In this document: in pieces, positions 46,445 through 54,918 of the stretch
Layout: each line of letters opens with the position of its first letter
Numbering within the stretch: the first letter of the stretch is position 1
DNA from: an uncultured Rivularia sp.
Lineage (GTDB): Bacteria; Cyanobacteriota; Cyanobacteriia; Cyanobacteriales; Nostocaceae
Length of the DNA: 64,000 nt
Direction of reading: 5' to 3'
Assembly: GCA_963665115.1 (NCBI GenBank)
Contig: OY762007.1
Coordinates: 224,001 to 288,000 of the forward strand
The notes under the pieces: model-generated
The model's input: only the letters and a program-made list of their open reading frames with translations
What the model was told of the DNA's origin: nothing
Databases searched by the model: none
Position numbers and translations under genes: made by a program

Positions 46445-47719
46445 TTAAAATTCTAATAAGTAATCGAGATAATCTGGATCTTGTCTATCAGCTATAACTT
46501 CGATATCTAATTGTTTTAACCGTTCAACCATTTCATCGCTTAAATAATTATCGGAAACATCAAGGGTATCTAAATTTTTTATAAATGGACAATTTAATAA
46601 AGCTTCTGCACCTTCGTCATTTATACTTCCCATTGAAAGGTCTAATTCAACTAAATTTTCAATAATCGAAGAATCTACTATTCCAAAAGGGACATGATTT
46701 AAGTCCTCAAGGTTATTTTTACAGTTACGTATTCCCAAGTACTTAAGCTTAGGAAATATTTTAGAAAAAACTTGCATAAGTTCTTTAATACCCATGCGAG
46801 AATAAGTAGAACCGTTCTCACTTGTAATAGACCACAACTCAAAATATTCTAATGCTGGCAATTCAAGATTATGAATTTCAAAGATTAATTCCATATCAAT
46901 TCTCTTGCATTCAATAATTAGTGCTTTTAAATTTTCATGTCGAATAGAGTTTATTTCTAATCCCAATCTCTTTTCATTATAAGTGTATGTTTTACAATTA
47001 CTAAACCTAATTTTAAGAATTTCTAAATTTGGATAAGCTAATAAAATATAGCTAATATTAATATTTTCAATTGGATAGTATTCTCTATCATGAATATTTT
47101 CTATACATAATGCTTTAAGATTTGTTAGATTTTCACTAGCATTTAACAACGCATCTATAAGAGATAAATCTTTTGTATACCAAAATCCTAATACCAAAGC
47201 TTTTATCTGGTGAGCTAAAGGATTTTTTTGTAATATTTGTAATTTTTCTGTACTAATAAGGTTTTTCGGAGACAAATCCCAATCAGATACTCTTATAGCA
47301 TAAGCTGTGTTAATCGTATCAGTAATACCAATTTCGGGGTCAAATTCTATTACCTTTCGATTAGCAAATGTAGTTGCATGATTCGTTGAGAATTTATAAC
47401 TTTTTTCAAAGCTAGTCCAGAATTTATAATCTTTTAAAGCTTGTTTGACGTGAATTTCTTCTTTATCTTGTAATAATTTATAAGTGTATTTTCTAATTTG
47501 TTCAGAATCATGTTTCAAGGTCTTAATTAACGTCTTTAAACCCACATCTCCATAATTCAAAGCATCATTCAAAGCTGCAATTTGCGCGTCAACATTAGAA
47601 CTCGACAAACGCCTTTTTACACCTTCAATTCCTCCTAAAACCGCGCCGTGAATTGGCGGTGGTGCGTTTCCTCCGAGTACTGCGTCGTATTTGTTGGGTT
47701 GGTTTTGGTTGTTTGTCAT
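46445..47719 (-). CDS. N-terminal VLGG/HEAT-like module plus divergent STM4015-like LRR protein
   Basis: QPNKYDAVLGG..GAVLGGIEGVKRR; LKAL, YPNLEILKI, LPALE, LKYLGIRN, LDLSMG, LDVSDNYL. Confidence 0.82.
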   Translation of the reverse strand: MTNNQNQPNKYDAVLGGNAPPPIHGAVLGGIEGVKRRLSSSNVDAQIAALNDALNYGDVGLKTLIKTLKHDSEQIRKYTYKLLQDKEEIHVKQALKDYKFWTSFEKSYKFSTNHATTFANRKVIEFDPEIGITDTINTAYAIRVSDWDLSPKNLISTEKLQILQKNPLAHQIKALVLGFWYTKDLSLIDALLNASENLTNLKALCIENIHDREYYPIENINISYILLAYPNLEILKIRFSNCKTYTYNEKRLGLEINSIRHENLKALIIECKRIDMELIFEIHNLELPALEYFELWSITSENGSTYSRMGIKELMQVFSKIFPKLKYLGIRNCKNNLEDLNHVPFGIVDSSIIENLVELDLSMGSINDEGAEALLNCPFIKNLDTLDVSDNYLSDEMVERLKQLDIEVIADRQDPDYLDYLLEF

Positions 47720-47891
47720 TTTTATCCACCATTAATTTACTAAATAACCGAAAAAACTCCGCGCTCCTCTGCGTTAAGCTCAGCGCTCCTCTGCGTTTAA
47801 AAAATATGTTGTTGGTTTATCAAAATATTGAATTGTGATTTCACGTTGGGGAGACGTAGCAGTGCTACGTCTCTACACAGGTGTCAGGTTG

Positions 47892-49266
47892 TCATTTCAA
47901 TTCATATCTCTGCATCAATTCCCTAACTTTGCTAGAAAACAACCATTCCCCAATCGCATCGGAATATTCCACACCAGTTTGAGTCAATCGCAATATTCTG
48001 CTGTCATTAACAACTAAATTCAAATCAATTAGCTCCGATAACTCCGGAAAATCGCTAAATAATTCTGTATTAAATTGCGTTTGATATTGATGTAAATTCA
48101 ATCCTTCATGAGAAAGTAATGACAATAAAATGTACCTTCTGCGCTTCTCTTCAGCATCCAGCTGAAAACCGTAATTAACAAAATCAAAGGAATCTTCCGG
48201 TGTTTGAATATACCCTTGCAAAATCTCGCTGATTCCCTTTCCTCCAACAGCGTATTCGTTGGAATAATGCAAATCATCAGTATAAGAAACGCGCTCCGCA
48301 TCCGATTCCGACCATTCCGTCTTGTTGACAACAGTAAACAGGTTCCTGATGTAGAGACGTTATACATAACGTCTCCTCCGTGTTGCGCTGGAACATTCGC
48401 ATTGATTTTTGGGTGTATCCTTGTGATAAAAGAAAATCCCTTCCTTGACGGTAACAATTCAAGCGGATGTCATCCCATTCTTTTTCTGATGTTCCCAATC
48501 CGGTGAGGGGACGCACGTACAGGGGATACAAAAATATTTCTTCTGGTTCAAACTGCAATGCAGCCCGTATCGATTGCAACCAGGTGTCTACTGTTTGTCC
48601 GGGTAATCCGTAGATTAAATCAATGTTGATTGTGGGAAAACCGGCGGCTCGCATTCTTGTTAGTGCGGCTTCTACTTCGGCGGTGGTTTGACGGCGGTTA
48701 ACTGCTGCAACCTCGGATTCAAAGAAGCTTTGGACTCCGATACTGGCACGGGTAACTCCTCGCGATCGCAACAACCTTAACTTATCTTTGGTAGCGGTTT
48801 CCGGTGACATTTCCACGGATATAGGAATCTGTTGTAAATCCGCGCCCATCGTATCTTCGGCAACATTCAACACGGTTTCTAAATGGTGAATCGGTAACTG
48901 AGTCGGTGTACCTCCACCAATAGCGAGACGTGCAAATGAACTTTTACCCAAAACAGCTTTGACGTGTTTGGCTTGTTTTTGTAGGGTATTGACGTATTGA
49001 GTCACAAAATCTTCATTGTGGGTGACTGTGGTAAATAAATTGCAGAAACCACACCTCATTTCACAAAATGGGATGTGAATGTAGAGGAATAAAGCGTTTT
49101 TGTCTTCTTGACTCCAGACATCGGTGAGGGGTTTTCGGGGGGAAATCGGACGATAAGCGGTTTTGTGGGGGTAGGAATAAACGTAGGATTGGAAGATTTT
49201 GGATTTTAATAAAGGATGGGTTGGCAACGGATGGCGGATTGGTAACGGATGGTTGTTGGTTATCAT
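47892..49266 (-). CDS. HemN-like (class C) radical SAM protein, STM4012-like; apparent +1 frameshift at 48287-48289
   Basis: YVYSYPHKTAYR, LYIHIPFCEMRCGFCNLF, GGGTPT, SIGVQSF, IDLIYGLPGQ, YCCQ..GMVG.GCGAR; corrected frame ARSYTDDLHYS joins the 47892-48272 ORF. Confidence 0.85.
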
Positions 49267-49381
49267 GATTGAGGTTTTGGTATAGATGTTTGTGAGATAT
49301 TGCGTTACTCGTTACCACGCTCTGCGTGGTAATGCGTATCTGGAGGCTCTGCCTCCGGTATATAAAAGGCAGAGCCTTTTG

Positions 49382-50203
49382 TCATGCATTCCCAGGTGAA
49401 ACCTGGGAACGAGAAAGGTGAGTCTCCAACACAAATTCCCCATAAGGAACAGTCCACACGACGGGATGACTAACCCGGTGTCCGGTGTAACCATCTTCAC
49501 CGTATGTTGTTCCGTGGTCGGAGGTGAGTATGCAGAAGGTAGAAGCACGTTTTTGTAAGGCATTCCAGAGTTTTCCTAGTTGAATGTCGATGTATTCCAA
49601 AGCGGCGGCATGAGTTGCTAATGTGTCTGTTTTAGCACCTTCAAGGTAAAAGTAATTGGGTTGATGAAGGGCGGAAATATTAATAAATAAGAATAAACGT
49701 TGACTTTGAGGAGTTTTATTGAGGATTTTCTCGGCTAATAGGATTTGATTTTCTGTAGATTTTGGATCGGTAACTCCTAATTCTCGATTCCAGTAACTTT
49801 CTGCGAACATTGAAGGAATCACGTTACTCAAGGGATTCTGTTTGTTGAAAAATCCTACACCACCAATACAAACGGTATGATAACCCTTGCGCGATAATCC
49901 TTTAACTATATTTTCACCTTCTAAAAGACAAGTTTTTTCCGTAGTTGTGGTACTTCCGGCGAATTTCAAAGCGAACAATCTGGGGTGAATTCCTGGAGTG
50001 ACGGGAGTAGGAAGAAAACCCGCGAAAAATGCTTGATGGGATGCATAAGTAAAACTTCCCGGTGAATGTCGTTTTTCCCAACCATTTGGTAATACCTTGG
50101 CTAAATTTGGAGTGCGGTTTTGTGAAAGTAAATCTGTTGCGATGTCGTAGCGGAGGGTGTCGAGGGTGATGAATACGATGTCGTGGGTGCCGATGATTTG
50201 CAT
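49382..50203 (-). CDS. Alkaline phosphatase/sulfatase-superfamily hydrolase, STM4013-like
   Basis: ITLDTLRYD, SFTYASH, HQPN, TSDHGT.YGE, GH metal-site motifs. Confidence 0.85.
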   Translation of the reverse strand: MQIIGTHDIVFITLDTLRYDIATDLLSQNRTPNLAKVLPNGWEKRHSPGSFTYASHQAFFAGFLPTPVTPGIHPRLFALKFAGSTTTTEKTCLLEGENIVKGLSRKGYHTVCIGGVGFFNKQNPLSNVIPSMFAESYWNRELGVTDPKSTENQILLAEKILNKTPQSQRLFLFINISALHQPNYFYLEGAKTDTLATHAAALEYIDIQLGKLWNALQKRASTFCILTSDHGTTYGEDGYTGHRVSHPVVWTVPYGEFVLETHLSRSQVSPGNA

Positions 50204-50334
50204 TTTTTTAGAGGGGGGAGAGGGGGGAGAGGGGGGAGAGGGGGTAGAGGGGGTAGAGGGGGTAGAAAAGATAGATTTGGTTAAGAAGTGGGAATTATAG
50301 GGGGGAAGGTTTCATTTAATAAGGTTTTTAATTT

Positions 50335-50727
50335 GTGAATACAGAAAGAAAGGTATTTAGAAGTCATGAGGAATTGGTTGTATTTCAATTGGCTTTTGAT
50401 TCATCAATGGCTATTTATAATATTTCTAAAAAGTTTCCTAAAGAAGAAACATATTCTTTAACAGATCAAATTCGTCGCTCTTCGCGTTCGGTATGTGCTA
50501 ATTTAGCGGAAGCATGGAGAAAAAGAAGATATCAAGCCTCTTTTATTGCAAAGCTAAGTGATAGCGAAGCAGAAGCTGCTGAAACTCAAGTTTGGATAAA
50601 ATTCGCTGTTAAATGCTCCTATATAGAAATTGAACAAGCTAGAGAACTATATAAAACCTACAATCAAATCCTGAAAGGCTTAGTAAACATGATTCACAAC
50701 TCCGAAAAATGGACAATCAAAAAATAA
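50335..50727 (+). CDS. Four-helix-bundle (23S rRNA IVS protein/Avd-like) protein
   Basis: L.VFQ.A, FPKEETYSLTDQIRRSSRSVCANLAEAW, EAAETQVW. Confidence 0.9.
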   Translation: MNTERKVFRSHEELVVFQLAFDSSMAIYNISKKFPKEETYSLTDQIRRSSRSVCANLAEAWRKRRYQASFIAKLSDSEAEAAETQVWIKFAVKCSYIEIEQARELYKTYNQILKGLVNMIHNSEKWTIKK

Positions 50728-50777
50728 CTTAACTTACACTTTCATCTTCCCAACATTTTTGTTTTGAATTAATTAAT

Positions 50778-52017
50778 CTACCCCCTCTCCCCCTCTACCC
50801 CCTCTACCCCCTCCCTTCTTCCCAACAATGCTTTCACCTCACTCATATAAGTATCCATCCCATTCCACAAAATCCCCGGCAACAAATCCCCAAAAGCATT
50901 AATTTCCAAAACCGCGTGTTGTTCCCAATCCGGTAAAATCATCAAGTCAACTCCGCAATATAAACTATTAGGAAATAAAGCAGCAGCTTCTTCACAAGTA
51001 CGTTTAATTTTCTGCCAATTCTCATCACCAACTTTGTCTAAAAATTCATTTATATTTCCTCTTTCGTTACCCAAATGTAAGTTAGTCATCGGACTTTTTC
51101 CCAAACGAACAACTGTATGTTGTGCTTCACCATCGATAACCACAACTCGCAAATCAAAACCGCATCCTTGTAACCGTGCTTTCGGTAGCCATTCCTCAAC
51201 AATTACCCCTTCGGCAGTTAAAATATTGATAATATCGGCGATTTCTTCGCGTTTTGTATAGTTACGAATTCTGCGGGAGTTATACAGTAAAGTTTCCCCG
51301 TCTTCTCGTACTCTTTCCACGGTAGTGATAGCCGATTCAAAGCGGGAATTAGCGCGGTAAGCGATGACACCAGAAGCGCTCGAACCGTGAGATAATTTTA
51401 TGAAAACCCGTTCCAAACCTTGAGATTGCATTTGTTCGCGCAGATGTTCGTAACAGTGGATTTTACCCAAACTACGCGCTACGGGAACGTTATTTTTGCT
51501 AAATATTTCGTGACACCTTGGTTTGTCAAACATTACCGCAATATCACGGGGATGATTCATAACTTTATTCTCCCCTCTACTTAAACAAGGAGAGGGGTTG
51601 GGGGTGAGGTTTCAATTCCTGTTCCCATCGTTGCAACAAATTTCGCCATCCCAAATACCACTGTCGCGGATAAAGAATCCTTCCCTTATCAAACTCCAAC
51701 TTCTCAACTTCATTAGAAGTAATCCGTTGATAATTATTATTTTCTACCCCCTCTTCCCCCTCTTCCCCCTCTTCCCCCTCTCCCCCCTCTAACTCCTCCC
51801 CAGCAGCAATAATCGCTTTATCAACCTCAAAGTTTTTCTCCGGAGAATCAAAGCGGATGATATTGTTGGGTTTGAATTGTTCGAGGTTTTGTTCACCTGT
51901 AATTAAGTCTGCATAGGATATGACGGTTGCGGGTGGTAGGTTGAGGTTTGCAAGTGCTTGTTGGAGGAATCCGACGCGACGGTTTTCGGGGTTGGCTATG
52001 ATAGTTAGGGTTTTCAT
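50778..52017 (-). CDS. ATP-grasp protein, STM4014-like; apparent +1 frameshift at 51583-51585
   Basis: N-part NPENRR, RFDSP, YPRQWY; C-part FDK, KLSHGSSASG, VEEWLPK, DLRVVV, PMTNLH, GVD, LEINAFGDL; removing one T joins the parts (LSLLSRGENKVMNH). Confidence 0.82.
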
Positions 52018-52032
52018 GGGGTTGATGGTGGT

Positions 52033-53271
52033 TTATTCAGATAATGCCCAATAACGCATACTAGATTCATCCTCATTTTGAGGATGTGCAATTAAGCAGC
52101 AATCAGGAGGTGATAATTGTTCAACTTCTTCAATAAATTCTTTAGTCACGTAGTTATGAGAAATATTAAAGGTATATAAATTAGAAAGGCTAGGGACTTC
52201 AAGTAAGGTTTCTAAACCTTCATCACTTAAATTTCCCATCGATAAATCAAGTATTAAAAGATGACCAATTATAGGATTGTCAGCCATAAAAGAAGATTCT
52301 GTAATCGCATTAGCAATTTCATCAGCATATTTGCTGCTATGTATTCCTAAATAGCTTAGTTTCGGAAATGATTCGCTAAAAAGAATTGGCTTCAAATTTT
52401 TAATCACATTGTTTAAGCTATTTTCAAATTGCCTACCTATCTCTATTTCAAAGCATCCATCTATCCATAAATCCAAATATTCTAAAGCAGGTAAATTCAG
52501 CGAACACATCATCTGAAACTCAATGTTTCCAATGTATGTCGTTTCAATAACAAGTGTTTTTAAATTATCATGTGCTAATATGCTACATTCCAAATGATTA
52601 CAACAACCACGAAGGTGCAAAATTTCTAAATTTGGATAACCTTCTAACAATAAATTGATATCACCAATCCCAAAATAAGATTGCCTAGATTCGTATCTTT
52701 GCTCATCACCTAAGAATAAAGCTTTTAAATTAGATAAGCTTCTGCGATTGTCAAAAATAGTATTAACAAAATCATAATATTCTTGATATATTTTGCATTT
52801 ATAAGAATGATTCTGTAAATAACAAATCAAAGCTTCAACTTCATTTACCCTATTGTCTTGGATTAAAAGTTTTAATTTCTCCAAATTCACAACATAAGCT
52901 TTACCCTCTGGATTCACAATTCCAATTTCAGAATCAAACTCTTCAACTTCCCAATCATTCAACTTCGTAAAATACAAATAAGGATCGAATTTCAACAGCG
53001 CTTGTTTACCCTTTTCACCTCCCCTTTCCTTTAACAACCTCACAGCAAAACTTTTTACCTGTAATGAATCATCTTCCAACGCTTCAATCACCAAATCTAA
53101 ACCCGCTTCCCCATAATTCAAAACATCCGAAAGCGCTTTAACTCGTACATCTACAATTTCACTTTCTAACCGTCGCTTAACTCCTTCAATTCCTCCCAAC
53201 ACAGCACCCGTAACCGGAGGTGGGTTGTTTCCGCCTAAAACTGCGTCGAATTCTCTTGGCTGTTGTGACAT
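52033..53271 (-). CDS. N-terminal VLGG/HEAT-like module plus STM4015-like LRR protein
   Basis: QPREFDAVLGG..GAVLGGIEGVKRR; LKALFLGD, YPNLEILHLRG, LKTLVIET, LDLSMGNL; ends RYWALSE. Confidence 0.85.
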   Translation of the reverse strand: MSQQPREFDAVLGGNNPPPVTGAVLGGIEGVKRRLESEIVDVRVKALSDVLNYGEAGLDLVIEALEDDSLQVKSFAVRLLKERGGEKGKQALLKFDPYLYFTKLNDWEVEEFDSEIGIVNPEGKAYVVNLEKLKLLIQDNRVNEVEALICYLQNHSYKCKIYQEYYDFVNTIFDNRRSLSNLKALFLGDEQRYESRQSYFGIGDINLLLEGYPNLEILHLRGCCNHLECSILAHDNLKTLVIETTYIGNIEFQMMCSLNLPALEYLDLWIDGCFEIEIGRQFENSLNNVIKNLKPILFSESFPKLSYLGIHSSKYADEIANAITESSFMADNPIIGHLLILDLSMGNLSDEGLETLLEVPSLSNLYTFNISHNYVTKEFIEEVEQLSPPDCCLIAHPQNEDESSMRYWALSE

Positions 53272-53344
53272 GATAGTTTTGTTTTGATGATAATATTAGG
53301 TTTCCCAAAATATTTTAAAATTTATCTTTTGCTTTTGGATTCAT

Positions 53345-53469
53345 ACCCGCTTGCGGTTGCAAACCACAAGCTAATAGCAGAAGTCCATTAAAATGGACTG
53401 AAAATTGTAATTTTTTAGTCCTATTTATAGGACTTTCGCTATTAGCCTTGGGTTTGCAACCCAAGGTGG
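53345..53469. mobile_element. About 125-bp palindromic MITE/REP-like element, family B; second copy 54782-54907, half copies 42396-42449 and 12314-12345
   Basis: Inverted halves GGTTGCAAACC-GCTAATAGC-AGTCC..GGACT / AGTCC..GGACT-GCTATTAGC-GGGTTTGCAACCC. Confidence 0.7.
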
Positions 53470-53476
53470 TTTAAGG

Positions 53477-54724
53477 TTATTCCCACACAGAATAATATCG
53501 ATCGCAAAATTGCCCATTTGTAATCACTTGACAATCTAATTCGGATAATTTTTGAATCATCTTTGTTTGTAAACGGTTTCCAGAAACGTTAAAAGTATGT
53601 AAATTATTAATTGCAGAATTCCCAAGTATAGCCATTGCACCACCGCTTCCCATATTTCCATCTGTGAGTTCAAGTACTTTCAAATTTTTCATGATTGGCG
53701 AATTAATAATAGCTTTGGCTAATTGACTTGTATTGTTGCTTTTCCTAATCGCTAAATACGCTAAGTTTTCACAATATTTACCTGATAAGATTGGTGCAAG
53801 ACTATCAATATTTACCTCTTTTAATTTATTTCTACTTACCCAAATCTCAAGGTATTCTAAAGATGGTAAATTTAAATTGCACAGTTCCGCTAGATTTTTA
53901 TCAGTTATACCATCAGCATCAATAATTAAGGTTTTTAAATAATCGTGTTTTATAGCTTTTGGTTTAACAAGAGATTTATTCTTGATATTACGGATTGCTA
54001 AAATTTTATTGTCAGATACCAAAATATCTTCATTAAGCATTTTACCCCGAATATGAAGTATTTCAAGATTCGGATATGCTTTGAGTATCGGATAAATATT
54101 ACAAACGTTAATCCTGGAATATTTATATTTTTTATTCCATGTTTCGCAATTATCTCCAATGAATAAAGCTTTTAAGCTCACAAGTTTATCTTTAGCATCT
54201 GCAAGTAAATCAACAAAGTTTTTAAAAGAATTTTTATGATTTTTGTCTTGATAATATATCTCAAATCTGAACGCTTCTAAATATTTGGCTCTCTTATAGT
54301 GTATTAATCTATTAAAATCGTATATATCGCTTATAGCATATACTGCATCATCTATAGTATTAATGAGTTTGTTGTGAGAAAAATATTCTTCATGTTGCCA
54401 ATTATCAAAAGTTGTAAAAACTAACCAAGGATCAAATTCTAATAATGCTTGTTTTCCTTTATTTTCAGACTTGCGTAAAATCGAAATAACTTTATTATTT
54501 ATCTCTTCCGATGAATCTCCTAAAGCTTCAATAACTAAATCTAACCCTTCATCCCCATAATTCAAAGCATCCGACAAAGCCTTAATTCGCACATCTACAA
54601 TTTCACTTTCCAACCGTCGCTTTACCCCTTCAATTCCTCCTAACACAACACCCGTAACCGGAGCCGGATTTTTCCCACCTAAAACTGCGTCGAATTCCCT
54701 TGGTTGATTTTTATTGCTATTCAT
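53477..54724 (-). CDS. N-terminal VLGG/HEAT-like module plus STM4015-like LRR protein
   Basis: QPREFDAVLGG..GVVLGGIEGVKRR; LKALFIGD, YPNLEILHIRG; ends RYYSVWE. Confidence 0.85.
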   Translation of the reverse strand: MNSNKNQPREFDAVLGGKNPAPVTGVVLGGIEGVKRRLESEIVDVRIKALSDALNYGDEGLDLVIEALGDSSEEINNKVISILRKSENKGKQALLEFDPWLVFTTFDNWQHEEYFSHNKLINTIDDAVYAISDIYDFNRLIHYKRAKYLEAFRFEIYYQDKNHKNSFKNFVDLLADAKDKLVSLKALFIGDNCETWNKKYKYSRINVCNIYPILKAYPNLEILHIRGKMLNEDILVSDNKILAIRNIKNKSLVKPKAIKHDYLKTLIIDADGITDKNLAELCNLNLPSLEYLEIWVSRNKLKEVNIDSLAPILSGKYCENLAYLAIRKSNNTSQLAKAIINSPIMKNLKVLELTDGNMGSGGAMAILGNSAINNLHTFNVSGNRLQTKMIQKLSELDCQVITNGQFCDRYYSVWE

Positions 54725-54918
54725 TTTTTTATTATTTGATATTTGCTAAAAAACTTTTGACAAATTTGGCGTTGATATTCACACCTGCTTACGGTTGCAA
54801 ACCGCAAGCTAATAGCAGAAGTCCATTAAAATGGACTAATTGACTTGAATTATTCAGTCCTATTTATAGGACTTTTGCTGTTAGCCTTGGGTTTACAACC
54901 CAAGGTGATTTAGGGTTT

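Noticed and set aside
50335..50727. Avd-like gene as evidence of a diversity-generating retroelement acting on the LRR/WD40 genes
   Set aside because: There is no reverse transcriptase in the window and I saw no TR/VR pair differing only at adenines; shared DNA between paralogs is at the 5' ends.
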